From assembly GCF_003231495.1 (NCBI RefSeq), contig NZ_PQWO01000004.1:180001-212000 (forward strand): a stretch of DNA of 32,000 nucleotides. Reading direction: 5' to 3'. The notes under the pieces were generated by a model. It saw nothing but the letters and a program-made list of their open reading frames with translations, was not told the DNA's origin and searched no databases. This DNA comes from Acaryochloris thomasi RCC1774 (GTDB lineage: Bacteria; Cyanobacteriota; Cyanobacteriia; Thermosynechococcales; Thermosynechococcaceae). Every line of letters begins with the position of its first letter. Position 1 is the first letter of the stretch. The position numbers and the translations under genes are program-made. Shown in pieces: positions 1 to 9,621 of this stretch.

Positions 1-399
1 GATAGTCCTGCGTTGTTCTGTCAGTTGCATACCATCACCGTTAGACAATGAACCAGTTAGTTTAGAAGATTGCAGTGGGTGAGGCATTGAACAAAAACGG
101 TGTCAGATGGCGAGCGATTCAGTAAGCAGTGACGCGAACGTCAAGTTAGTGAACTGATGCCAGAAACACTGTCGTTCAACCCCGTTAGTGAATACAGTAA
201 TGAAGTGGCTTGAGTCTGCCAGTGAGATAAATCACACGCCGACTACAATTTTTCCCCTTTCTTAATTTCTCATGAGAGCTGATTTTGGACAATAGCAAGT
301 CAGATGACAAGATATTCTAGCGATTGCTCCGTTTTTGTTCCTGTAAAGGAAAAATCGTAAGATTAGAGCAAATGCTGTCGTGTAGAGACTTAAAGCACA

Positions 400-987
400 A
401 TGACACAGGATCAAATGACTCCCCCTACGGGGCCAGAAGACGTTGGCGATAGTCGATTAAGAAATCTTCTCATCGCTTTATCGGCTGCTGTGTTGGCGGT
501 GGTGCTGTTTTTTGGCGTACGTGGTCAAACCCAAAGCCCATCGCTTACGGCTCTAGCGACAGCCTCTGTTCCCCTGGATACTGCGCTCGCCAACGGTCAG
601 CCGACGCTGCTAGAATTTTACGCCGACTGGTGTACAAGCTGTCAGGCCATGGCTGCTGATATGGCAGCACTAAAGCAGCAGTATCAGGAGGTGAACTTTG
701 TCATGCTTAACGTTGACAATACTAAGTGGCTTCCTGAGATTTCACGGTTCGGGGTCGATGGCATCCCACACTTTGTCTTTATCAATCGCTCAGGCGAGGC
801 CTTAGCCAACGCAATTGGACAGCAGCCGCGAACAATCATGGCGGGCGACTTGACGGCCCTAGCGGCAGGTCAGGCACTACCGGAGCAGCAGCTTTCAGGC
901 CAGGTTTCGATGTTCACTGCTGAGACCCAGCCTCGCGGGTCTGACGATCCTCGCAGCCACGGCGGACGCCCTGCTGGCGCACTGTGA
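400..987 (+). CDS. txlA: Thioredoxin-like membrane-anchored thiol:disulfide oxidoreductase (TxlA-like)
   Basis: 195-aa ORF. N-terminal hydrophobic anchor (LLIALSAAVLAVVLFFGV), then a thioredoxin fold with redox motif WCTSC in EFYADWCTSCQAMA. Overall layout matches cyanobacterial TxlA. Confidence 0.8.
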   Translation: MTQDQMTPPTGPEDVGDSRLRNLLIALSAAVLAVVLFFGVRGQTQSPSLTALATASVPLDTALANGQPTLLEFYADWCTSCQAMAADMAALKQQYQEVNFVMLNVDNTKWLPEISRFGVDGIPHFVFINRSGEALANAIGQQPRTIMAGDLTALAAGQALPEQQLSGQVSMFTAETQPRGSDDPRSHGGRPAGAL

Positions 988-1150
988 GTTTGTAGACTAA
1001 GCCTGCAGACTTGCTCGGCTCGTCCTTCAGGTTCAGGGAATTTACGGTGGTCGCGCCCTAGGCTATTTACATATCTTAATAATATGCTTAATAGTTCATG
1101 GAGTTCGATCGCCATGAAATTTGTTGAGTTGCTGTTATGGAAGTTCACTG

Positions 1151-1453
1151 ATGTCACCTGCTACCTTAGAGGCTGTAAAGTCCCATCCACCTAAGATTTT
1201 ACGTTCTAGAAAAGCCTACCGTACCTGCCATATCTATGTGCCTGATTCTGCGGATCGTTTGGCTGCGATCTCAACTGGTTCACACCTTTATAGTTTTTTC
1301 CGGGCGTTGACCGATCGCGAAAAGGCAATCGCAGTGGTGACCAAGCTTTTTAAAAAAGGTGAGTCAACGGTGATAACCTGCACGCCTAAGGCCTACGTGA
1401 TTTGGGTGCTAGAACCAGAGGCTAGCTTAAAGATGACTGTACGGTCAGCGTAG
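1151..1453 (+). CDS. Hypothetical protein (about 100 aa)
   Basis: The ORF track gives 1121..1453 from a TTG. The first in-frame ATG is at 1151 (MSPATLEAV...). No motif recognised. The 3' end overlaps the murG 3' end by 9 nt, tail to tail. Confidence 0.45.
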   Translation: MSPATLEAVKSHPPKILRSRKAYRTCHIYVPDSADRLAAISTGSHLYSFFRALTDREKAIAVVTKLFKKGESTVITCTPKAYVIWVLEPEASLKMTVRSA

Positions 1454-2566
1454 GTTCGCGGACTGGATAACTTCGCGGATCAGTTGGGCAAATTTTTCGG
1501 TACTGTCTGCAGTGGAGAGCTGTTGAGACTGGGCTGCCATCTCTTTGAGCTGGGGTTGCGATCGCAACAAGTCCAAAACCGTTTTTGTAAACAGCTCATC
1601 TGTGAGTTCAGCCTCACGGAACATCCGCGCAGCCCCCGCCTTCACAAAAATCTCGGCGTTGTATGCCTGGTGATCCTCCGCCGCATAGGGATAGGGAATC
1701 AGGATAGACGGCGTATGGGTGGTTGCTAATTCAGTTAGAGTGCCCGCTCCTGCACGGCTGATTGCTAGATTCGTTCGCTGTAGCAGTCCCGCCATATTGT
1801 CGCAGAACGGTATCGCTCGGTAGTGGGGGTGGGTAAAGCTATCCGCCTGATCATCTCGTTCCCCTGTCAGATGGACAATCCAGACCCCAGCCTCCAGCCA
1901 GGCAGGCGCACATTTACGCGCAAGCCGATTCACCGCCACCGCGCCCTGGCTTCCCCCGGCCACCGTCATCAACAGCACATCATCAGGGATATCAAAATCC
2001 AGCGGCGTGGGTGACATGAAATTTGCCCGTACCGGTGTTCCCACTGTCACTGCGTTTGCTTTGGGTAAATACTGGGTCGTCGCCTCAAACCCCAGGGCCA
2101 CGACGCTACACCAGCGGCTAAACCAACGCGTTACCTTTCCCGGCAATACATTAGACTCATGCAAAATGCTCGGCAAACCTAGAGATCGGGCCGCGATGAT
2201 CGCAGGTGCCGCAATATACCCTCCAGTCGTGATCACACCCTGGAACTGGCCCTGCTGGAGCAGTCGCCGCGTTTGGCGAATAGACCGCACTAGCTTACTC
2301 AGCACAATTCCCGTCTTCGGCCCCAGGCGAGTCTGGAAACCCTCCATCGGCACTTGAACAAGGGGGTACTTTGACGGCAGCAAACTCGTCTCTAGCCGAT
2401 TGTTAACGCCCAGCCAAGTGATGTCGTAGCCCTGTGCCTCTAGCGCCTCTGCTGCCGCTAATGCCGGGTATAAATGCCCCCCTGTGCCACTGGCTGCGAC
2501 CAAAAGCTTAATCGGCGAGGCTGGAACTGTCTGACCTGAATTTAAGTCTGGAGCATCAGTGGGCAT
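1445..2566 (-). CDS. murG: UDP-N-acetylglucosamine--N-acetylmuramyl-(pentapeptide) pyrophosphoryl-undecaprenol GlcNAc transferase
   Basis: 373 aa. N-terminal glycine loop LLVAASGTGGHLYPALAAAEAL and a C-terminal GT28 region (AISRAGAGTLTELA) typical of MurG. Confidence 0.93.
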   Translation of the reverse strand: MPTDAPDLNSGQTVPASPIKLLVAASGTGGHLYPALAAAEALEAQGYDITWLGVNNRLETSLLPSKYPLVQVPMEGFQTRLGPKTGIVLSKLVRSIRQTRRLLQQGQFQGVITTGGYIAAPAIIAARSLGLPSILHESNVLPGKVTRWFSRWCSVVALGFEATTQYLPKANAVTVGTPVRANFMSPTPLDFDIPDDVLLMTVAGGSQGAVAVNRLARKCAPAWLEAGVWIVHLTGERDDQADSFTHPHYRAIPFCDNMAGLLQRTNLAISRAGAGTLTELATTHTPSILIPYPYAAEDHQAYNAEIFVKAGAARMFREAELTDELFTKTVLDLLRSQPQLKEMAAQSQQLSTADSTEKFAQLIREVIQSANLR

Positions 2567-2739
2567 AGTAGCGGCTTCAAGCTTTAAACGCTAGGTTACT
2601 CTTAAAGTGAAAATGCTGAAATATCAAAAAGACCTAGTGATTGTATCAAGCATCTGACCTCCTGATGATGGGTTCTGCCTAGGGATTTCGCAAGCTCTTT
2701 TTGAATTTCACTTCTGCTGGTTGTTTCTGGACATCTCGT

Positions 2740-3651
2740 ATGCACGACTCCGCGATCAAGTCACGTTCTTTCAAATCGCTTCTGCCTCTACAAAGCAGTC
2801 TAATCGCGGCGGTCTTGGGAGCTACGACTTTGATGTCAGGTGGCGTGGCTTTTGCCCAAAGTGACGTAGAGCAGCCTGCACCTTCACCTGAGGTTATTGA
2901 ACCTGCGGCAGAAACAGCGCCTCGCGTTCAAGTCCCCGAAGATGTTGCCAAGACTTTAGCGGCCATGGATAGCGCGGCTACTGATCAGCAACTGAAGCGC
3001 CTGCTGCGTTTCTACAGCTCAGAATTTACCCACAGCGACGGTCTGACCCGTCAGTCTCTCAGAACAGTGGTAAAGGCCTTCTGGGACGAGCATCAAGATT
3101 TGAACTATAAAACCGATGTGCTGGCTTGGGAAGCAGACCCAAAAGGGGGCGGCATCGCAACCACCCAAACCACGATCACTGGCCTTCGCTCGGTGGAAGA
3201 TCAGGAGATGAAGCTAACGGCTACGATCCAGTCTCGCCAGCGCTGGCGAGACGATCAGATGCTAGAGCAGACCATTATTGCTGAACAAAGTCAGCTCACA
3301 AGCGGCGAGAACCCCCCTGCCATTACCGTGAATCTGCCAGAACAGGTGAAAGTGGGCGGCACCTTTAACTTTGACGTCGTTGTGGACGAGCCCTTAGATA
3401 AGCGGCTGCTCTTAGGAACCGCTATTGAAGAAGAGATCTCGCCTGAACGATATTTAAAGCAGCCCAACCTCAAGCTTGAGCTGCTGCCCGCAGGTGGTTT
3501 GTTTAAAGTGGGAAAAGCCCCGAAAAAGCCAACTAGCGAGTGGATTTCAGCTGTCTTAGTCCAGGATGGAGGGATGGTTGTCATCAGTCGTCGTTTGACG
3601 GTGGTTAAGCAAACAGCGGATACTAAGCAATCCCTACTATTAACGCCATAA
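2740..3651 (+). CDS. Exported hypothetical protein, possibly with an NTF2/SnoaL-like domain
   Basis: The ORF track starts at TTG 2701; the in-frame ATG is at 2740. Signal-peptide-like N-terminus (LIAAVLGATTLMSGGVAFA/QS). The stop at 3649-3651 lies only 4 nt before the minC ATG at 3656. Confidence 0.7.
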   Translation: MHDSAIKSRSFKSLLPLQSSLIAAVLGATTLMSGGVAFAQSDVEQPAPSPEVIEPAAETAPRVQVPEDVAKTLAAMDSAATDQQLKRLLRFYSSEFTHSDGLTRQSLRTVVKAFWDEHQDLNYKTDVLAWEADPKGGGIATTQTTITGLRSVEDQEMKLTATIQSRQRWRDDQMLEQTIIAEQSQLTSGENPPAITVNLPEQVKVGGTFNFDVVVDEPLDKRLLLGTAIEEEISPERYLKQPNLKLELLPAGGLFKVGKAPKKPTSEWISAVLVQDGGMVVISRRLTVVKQTADTKQSLLLTP

Positions 3652-3655
3652 AACT

Positions 3656-4438
3656 ATGACTTCAGAGCAGTCGGGTGCTGCCACTCCATTCCCCTTACCG
3701 CAGGAGGGGAACGGCGATTACTCTCTGCAGGTCCATTTCAAGACAGAACGTGACTGTCTCACACTCTTCATTCCACCGCCGTCGGCAACAGCGCTGGATT
3801 GGTTAGAACTGTGGCAGCAGCTACAGCAGCGGCTGGACGCGGGCAAGCGATTCTGGAATACAATTACCCCCGTGAACGTGGTAGTGGGCGATCGACTCAT
3901 TGATGGAAGACAGCTACAGCAGCTAGCGACGGCACTTTCGGCAGTTAACCTACAGTTACAGTGTCTGCACACGAATCGTCGGCAAACCGCAGTTGCCGCC
4001 GTCACAGCAGGGTATTCCGTCGAGCAGCAGTCTCCCATTTTGCCGCTGTCTCAATCACCTCTGGCTCGATTCCGCAAAACGCCATCCGAGCCGTCGGTGG
4101 TGGAACCTCTGTATTTACAAACGACACTTCGTTCAGGTAACGAAGTCCGCCATCCCGGAACCGTCGTGATTTTGGGCGATCTCAATCCCGGCAGTGCGGT
4201 GATTGCAGATGGCGATATTTTAGTATGGGGGCGTCTTCGAGGCATGGCCCATGCGGGAGCCGGGGGCAACCGACAGTGTCGGATCATGGCGCTACAGATG
4301 GAGCCTACCCAGCTCCGGGTCGCTGAACTCGTGGCCAGAGCACCGGAGAACCCACCAACCTACTTCTATCCAGAGGTCGCCTATATTGAAGAGGATCGGA
4401 TCCAAATCACGCGGACGACTGACTCCCCTAAGAAATAA
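3656..4438 (+). CDS. minC: Septum site-determining protein MinC
   Basis: 260 aa. C-terminal beta-helix signature GTVVILGDLNPGSAVIADGDILVWGRLRGMAHAG. Followed by minD and minE. Confidence 0.9.
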   Translation: MTSEQSGAATPFPLPQEGNGDYSLQVHFKTERDCLTLFIPPPSATALDWLELWQQLQQRLDAGKRFWNTITPVNVVVGDRLIDGRQLQQLATALSAVNLQLQCLHTNRRQTAVAAVTAGYSVEQQSPILPLSQSPLARFRKTPSEPSVVEPLYLQTTLRSGNEVRHPGTVVILGDLNPGSAVIADGDILVWGRLRGMAHAGAGGNRQCRIMALQMEPTQLRVAELVARAPENPPTYFYPEVAYIEEDRIQITRTTDSPKK

Positions 4439-4555
4439 TAGCCTGTTCGCAAAACAGGAAGGCAACGACTAGACCCGTCGGCCAATTTCAGCTTAAGGTA
4501 TTAGTGATTTTGGCAAACGCCCGTTCAGATTAGCAGTTGTGATGGTCTCGGTTTT

Positions 4556-5350
4556 ATGGGTCGAATTATTGTAGTGACCTCCGGTAAGGGAGGGGTTGGT
4601 AAAACCACTTGTTCCGCTAATTTGGGCATGGCACTGGCTCGAGCGGAGCATTCCGTTGCCCTGATTGATGCTGACTTTGGGCTACGTAACCTCGACCTAC
4701 TCTTGGGTTTAGAAAATCGCGTTGTTTATACGGCCCTAGAGGTCTTAGCGGGCCAATGTCGTCTTGAGCAAGCGCTGGTTAAAGATAAGCGGCTCAAGGA
4801 TTTAGTGCTTTTGCCTGCGGCGCAGAATCGCAATAAGGACGCGGTGACACCGGAGCAAATGAAGCAGTTAGCCTATGCACTGACCAAGAAATATGACTTT
4901 GTCTTAATTGACTGCCCTGCAGGCATCGAAATGGGCTTTCAAAATGCGATCGCTGCCGCCGATGAAGCAATTGTGGTCACCACGCCCGAAATTTCTGCGG
5001 TTCGAGATGCAGATCGGGTGATTGGTTTGCTAGAAGCTAGCCGGATTCCCTCAAAGCTGATCGTTAACCGGATCCGCCCAGCGATGGTCCAGGCCAACGA
5101 CATGATGTCTGTAGCAGACGTGCAGGAGATTTTGGCGATTCCGCTGTTGGGGATTGTTCCAGACGATGAGCAGGTGATTGTCGCCACCAATCGAGGCGAG
5201 CCTTTAGTGTTATCTGAAGAGATAACGCTAGGGGGGACAGCGCTACGAAATATAGCCCAGCGGATTGAGGGAAAAGAGGTTGAGTTTTTAGACTTGAATG
5301 CGGCCTATGACACACTCTTTGCCCGAATAAAAAGAATGTTTCGCAAGTGA
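4556..5350 (+). CDS. minD: Septum site-determining ATPase MinD
   Basis: 264 aa. Deviant Walker A VVTSGKGGVGKTT and a C-terminal amphipathic tail (FARIKRMFRK). Confidence 0.97.
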   Translation: MGRIIVVTSGKGGVGKTTCSANLGMALARAEHSVALIDADFGLRNLDLLLGLENRVVYTALEVLAGQCRLEQALVKDKRLKDLVLLPAAQNRNKDAVTPEQMKQLAYALTKKYDFVLIDCPAGIEMGFQNAIAAADEAIVVTTPEISAVRDADRVIGLLEASRIPSKLIVNRIRPAMVQANDMMSVADVQEILAIPLLGIVPDDEQVIVATNRGEPLVLSEEITLGGTALRNIAQRIEGKEVEFLDLNAAYDTLFARIKRMFRK

Positions 5351-5442
5351 GTTTGCCCTTCTGCAGACGACAGACCTGCCCATGTGTTAGGGTCTGACCA
5401 AACCTGGTTTTTTGCCCCGCTTATTGTTGCAGATCGAATCCC

Positions 5443-5724
5443 ATGCTCAACGACATTCTGGAACGACTCTTCCTTGGCTCAGACATCAATAATACGAGTC
5501 GCGAGGATGTTAAAGGTCGCTTAAAGCTTGTACTGGCGCATGATCGGTCTAATTTATCGCCAGAAATGCTGGAATCCATGCGTCGAGATATTTTAGAGGT
5601 GGTCTCGCGCTACGTTGAGCTTGATCCAGAGGGATTAGAGGTTGCGCTTGAATCTGATCAACGAGCCACGGCTCTCATTGCTAATCTGCCAATCCGCCGC
5701 ATCAAGGCTCAGCCACAGCCTTGA
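5443..5724 (+). CDS. minE: Cell division topological specificity factor MinE
   Basis: 93 aa. [16 protein letters not shown] motif. Located directly after minD. Confidence 0.93.
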   Translation: MLNDILERLFLGSDINNTSREDVKGRLKLVLAHDRSNLSPEMLESMRRDILEVVSRYVELDPEGLEVALESDQRATALIANLPIRRIKAQPQP

Positions 5725-5959
5725 CGCCCTCATAGATCTCGTCTATCTACCTCTATTCGTCGAACACAGCAGGATGAAAGAGAGACTACGGGTTGAAACG
5801 CAGCATCTCAAGTGCTTGAACCATCAATGAAGTGTCATGATAAAGCTGATAAGCTGTTGTAACTGCTCAGCTCTAGCCCTTGGCATGGATTTAGTTCTGT
5901 CCCAATTTTCTAAATGTCACCTGGGTGTTAAGCTGTCGTTTTTGCACCGATAGCCCTCT

Positions 5960-7339
5960 ATGGCGTCCCCAAAACGCGCAGTGCTGCGCTTCAAAACTCG
6001 TTCTGCACCAAAGTTCTCAGGCCGCTTGGGGAGGTCATTTAAGTGGTTATCTCCGGGGCTATCGGTTAAACGATGGCTGTTTTTGAGTGCGCTGGGTGTG
6101 CTTCTCATTAGTCTGGGCCTTGCCATCTCGGTTCGGCTGACGCCCATTTTCTTTGTGATTCAGATTCTGCAAACCCTTCTGAGACAAATCGCAGGGGTGA
6201 TTCCGCGCTACGTGAGCGGGCCGCTGGTGATTCTTGGGGGCATGCTGTTAGTTTGGTGGGGGCAAACGCGCACGCTGGGGTCAATCACAGAAGTCTTGAT
6301 GCCAGAAAGCCAGGATGAGCTGGTTGATCGCCTCCTGGCTCATCGGCGTTTAAATCGTGGGCCGAAAGTCGTGGTGGTGGGGGGCGGCACGGGTCTATCT
6401 ACGATGCTGCGCGGTTTAAAGGACTACAGCTCTAATATCACAGCAGTGGTGACGGTGGCTGACAATGGTGGTTCTTCGGGGCGACTACGGCGAGAAATGG
6501 GGGGGCTGCCTCCGGGGGACATTCGCAACTGTCTGGCAGCGCTGGCAGACCGCGAGAAGTTGATCACAGAGCTATTTCAATATCGCTTTGAGGCCGGGAA
6601 TGGTTTGGCTGGCCATAGCTTTGGCAATTTATTCTTGACGGCGATGAATGAAATTACCGATAGCTGGGAATATGCGATCGCAGCTAGTTCCCAGGTATTA
6701 GCCATTCGCGGGCAGGTGTTACCTGCAACCTTGAGTGATGTGGCATTGTGGGCCGATCTTGAAGATGGACGTCGCATTGATGGCGAATCACAGATTACGG
6801 CGGCGAAGGGAAATATCGTCAAGATTGGCTGTACGCCGACTTCGCCACCGGCCTTGCCCAGTGTTCTTGAGGCGATTCAAGAGGCAGATTTGATCGTGCT
6901 AGGACCTGGGAGTCTTTACACCAGCATCGCTCCGAACCTGTTGGTGCCTGAGATAGTAGATGCGATCGCAAGTCGTAAGATCCCGCGCATCTACGTTTGC
7001 AATATCATGAGCCAACCCGGCGAAACCGATGGCTATAGCGTTTCCGACCACATTAAAGCCTTGGATGCCGTCTGCGGCAAGCGGATCTTCGATGCCGTCC
7101 TCGTGCAAAAAAAACAGCCCTCAGCTCTGGCTCTAGCACGCTATGCCAAAGAAGAATCTCACCCGATCATGGTAGACCAACGCAACCTTGTCCATCTGGG
7201 CTGCCGCGTCATTCTCGCCAACGTCATGAATGAAGATCCCACCACCCAATATGTTCGTCATAGCTCACAGCGACTTGCACGGGTGATTCTGCGTTGGTAC
7301 GACCGCGTCCACACCCTAGGGCAGCGGCCTCGGAAATAA
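5960..7339 (+). CDS. YvcK/CofD-like (UPF0052, gluconeogenesis factor family) protein with N-terminal membrane extension
   Basis: 459 aa. [17 protein letters not shown] and [32 protein letters not shown] motifs of the YvcK/CofD family. Two hydrophobic segments lie in the first 100 aa or so. Confidence 0.9.
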   Translation: MASPKRAVLRFKTRSAPKFSGRLGRSFKWLSPGLSVKRWLFLSALGVLLISLGLAISVRLTPIFFVIQILQTLLRQIAGVIPRYVSGPLVILGGMLLVWWGQTRTLGSITEVLMPESQDELVDRLLAHRRLNRGPKVVVVGGGTGLSTMLRGLKDYSSNITAVVTVADNGGSSGRLRREMGGLPPGDIRNCLAALADREKLITELFQYRFEAGNGLAGHSFGNLFLTAMNEITDSWEYAIAASSQVLAIRGQVLPATLSDVALWADLEDGRRIDGESQITAAKGNIVKIGCTPTSPPALPSVLEAIQEADLIVLGPGSLYTSIAPNLLVPEIVDAIASRKIPRIYVCNIMSQPGETDGYSVSDHIKALDAVCGKRIFDAVLVQKKQPSALALARYAKEESHPIMVDQRNLVHLGCRVILANVMNEDPTTQYVRHSSQRLARVILRWYDRVHTLGQRPRK

Positions 7340-7429
7340 CATCCGCTAGCCAAGCGTCTCCCCCATTGTTTAAGATTGTCTTCAGATTTCCCGGCTCTCG
7401 ACCCTATCCTTTGCCCACAGGAACACCTC

Positions 7430-9019
7430 ATGACGCTTGGTTACCTTGCCCTGGTTTTACATGCCCATCTGCCATTCGTGCGTCACCCAGAAAGTGACTT
7501 TGTCCTTGAAGAAGAATGGCTATTTGAGGCGATTACAGAGACCTATGTCCCGCTTCTGCAGGTCTTTGAAGGGCTAAAGCGAGACGGCATCGACTTCAAA
7601 ATCACCATGAGCATGACTCCGCCTCTGGTGTCCATGTTGAGGGATCCACTGCTGCAGCAGCGCTATGACGAGCACCTCGCAAAGCTAGAAGAACTAGCAA
7701 CCCTAGAAGTTGAACACAACCTTCATAACGAGCACCTCCGCTATCTTGCCCAGCATTACGTCGATGAATTCCATGAAGTTCGCCAAGCTTGGGAAAACTA
7801 CGATCGCGATCTGGTCGGTGCCTTCAAAAAATTCCTCGACAGCGGCAATTTAGAAATTATTACCTGCGGGGCAACCCACGGCTATTTACCGCTCATGAAA
7901 ATGTATCCCCAAGCCGTGTGGGCACAGATTCAGGTAGCCTGTGAACATTACGAGCAGAACTTTGGGCGTCCCCCCAAGGGCATTTGGCTACCTGAGTGTG
8001 CCTACTACGAAGGTTTAGAGCGCCAGCTTGCCGATGCCGGCCTGCGATACTTCTTGATGGATGGACACGGCCTGCTCTACGCACGTCCTCGGCCGAAATT
8101 CGGAGCCTACGCCCCCATCTTCACAGAAACCGGCGTTGCCGCCTTTGGCCGCGATCATGAATCATCACAGCAGGTGTGGTCCTCAGAGGTCGGCTATCCC
8201 GGCGCCCCTGAATATCGAGAATTTTATAAAGATATTGGCTGGGAGTCGGACTACGAATATATCAAGCCCTACATCATGCCCAACGGTCAACGCAAAAACG
8301 TGGGCATCAAATATCACAAAATTACCGGGCGCGGTGGTGGGCTCAGCGATAAAGCCCTTTACGACCCCTACTGGGCCAGGGAGAAAACCGCTGAACATGC
8401 CGGTAACTTCATGTTTAACCGCAGCGAGCAGATCCATAAGCTCAACGGCATTATGGGTCGCCCTCCCATTGTTGTCTCTCCCTATGATGCCGAGCTGTTT
8501 GGACACTGGTGGTACGAAGGACCGTGGTTCATTGATTACCTCTTCCGCAAGTCGTGGTATGACCAAGGGGTTTACACCATGACTCACCTTGCAGACTACC
8601 TGCGCGAGCACCCAAATCAGCAGGTTGCCCGTCCCTCCCAGTCAAGCTGGGGCTATAAGGGGTTTCATGAATATTGGCTCAATGAAACAAACACTTGGAT
8701 CTACCCACACCTACACAAAGCTGCGGAACGGATGATCGAATTGGCTCACATCGAACCAGCGGATGACCTGCAGTGGCAGGCACTCAACCAGGCAGCAAGA
8801 GAGCTGCTGCTGGCACAATCATCAGACTGGGCTTTCATTATGCGAACCGGCACGATGGTGCCCTATGCCGTGCGGCGGACTCGCTCTCATCTGTCTCGAT
8901 TCCATAAGCTCTATGACGAGATCAAGCAAGGTAAGGTTGACGCGGGCTGGCTAGAAAAGGTACAGGCGATGGATAATATTTTCCCTGAGATTAACTATCG
9001 CGTTTATCGTCCTATCTAA
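7430..9019 (+). CDS. Glycoside hydrolase family 57 alpha-glucan enzyme (branching-enzyme-like)
   Basis: The ORF runs from 7376, but the in-frame ATG at 7430 gives MTLGYLALVLHAHLPFVRHPE, the typical GH57 N-terminus. WLPECAYYEG and SPYDAELFGHWW motifs are present. Confidence 0.9.
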   Translation: MTLGYLALVLHAHLPFVRHPESDFVLEEEWLFEAITETYVPLLQVFEGLKRDGIDFKITMSMTPPLVSMLRDPLLQQRYDEHLAKLEELATLEVEHNLHNEHLRYLAQHYVDEFHEVRQAWENYDRDLVGAFKKFLDSGNLEIITCGATHGYLPLMKMYPQAVWAQIQVACEHYEQNFGRPPKGIWLPECAYYEGLERQLADAGLRYFLMDGHGLLYARPRPKFGAYAPIFTETGVAAFGRDHESSQQVWSSEVGYPGAPEYREFYKDIGWESDYEYIKPYIMPNGQRKNVGIKYHKITGRGGGLSDKALYDPYWAREKTAEHAGNFMFNRSEQIHKLNGIMGRPPIVVSPYDAELFGHWWYEGPWFIDYLFRKSWYDQGVYTMTHLADYLREHPNQQVARPSQSSWGYKGFHEYWLNETNTWIYPHLHKAAERMIELAHIEPADDLQWQALNQAARELLLAQSSDWAFIMRTGTMVPYAVRRTRSHLSRFHKLYDEIKQGKVDAGWLEKVQAMDNIFPEINYRVYRPI

Positions 9020-9051
9020 GGCTGCACTTGCCGATTTGGTAGAGTAGATGA

Positions 9052-9621
9052 ATGATATCATCAGCCCGGTCTCTCACACTTAAGGCTTTCCTAGAAAGGC
9101 TAGAGATTGAAGCGTCGCCCGCTTGGGAATACATTGACGGCAAGGTCGTTCAGAAGCCAATGCCTCAAATTCATCATTCGCGTCTCCAGCTCAAGCTTGC
9201 CAGCACAATTGAGTCGGCCGATGACCAGTTAGTCGCATCCTTTCCAGAGCTGCGCTGTACATTTGGGGAGCGCTCGGTCGTTCCTGATATTGTTGTGCTG
9301 ACGTGGCAGAATATTCCCTTAACAGTTTCGGGTGAGCTAGAAGATGGCGCTATTTCTTTCGCTCCTGACTGGGTGATTGAGATTTTGTCGCCGGATCAAA
9401 AGCAAACAAAAGTAATCGATAACGTTCTACATTGCTTGACCCACGGCAGCCGTCTCGGCTGGCTAATCGATCCAGAGGAGCGGGCAATCGTAGTCTTTCA
9501 GCCTCAGCAAGAACCTAAAATTTATCGTAGTGACCAGTCACCGATTGTCCTAGCAGAGCTTGACCTCAACCTCACGGCCGCTCAGATTTTTAGTTGGCTA
9601 AACATGAAAAGATCGACTTAA
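9052..9621 (+). CDS. Uma2-family (DUF820) restriction-endonuclease-like protein
   Basis: 189 aa. PD-(D/E)xK-like motifs VVPDIVVL and APDWVIEILSPDQ, typical of the multi-copy cyanobacterial Uma2 family. Confidence 0.85.
   Translation: MISSARSLTLKAFLERLEIEASPAWEYIDGKVVQKPMPQIHHSRLQLKLASTIESADDQLVASFPELRCTFGERSVVPDIVVLTWQNIPLTVSGELEDGAISFAPDWVIEILSPDQKQTKVIDNVLHCLTHGSRLGWLIDPEERAIVVFQPQQEPKIYRSDQSPIVLAELDLNLTAAQIFSWLNMKRST

Noticed and set aside
145-192. Direct repeat GTTAGTGAA at 145-153 and 184-192 as a possible regulator site
   Set aside because: A 9-nt exact repeat within 50 nt is expected several times per 32 kb by chance (about 32,000 x 50 / 4^9, roughly 6). There is no supporting context.
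3718-4287. Antisense ORFs (106 and 78 aa) within minC, and similar antisense ORFs within murG, minD, the yvcK-family gene, pyrH, frr and the kinases
   Set aside because: All lie inside well-supported genes and have Arg/Cys/Ser/Pro-rich compositions typical of antisense frames. None has an independent signal.
4442-4458. Hairpin CCTGTT-CGCAA-AACAGG just after minC as an intra-operon terminator
   Set aside because: The stem is only 6 bp with no U-tract. Such hairpins are common by chance, and minD/minE are expected to be co-expressed with minC.
8061-8611. Long ORFs (173 aa plus strand in another frame; 142 aa minus strand) inside the GH57 gene
   Set aside because: They lie entirely within a well-supported CDS. 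Their translations are low-complexity (Pro/Ser/Thr/Ala-rich) with no motifs. This is typical of off-frame ORFs in moderately GC-rich coding DNA.
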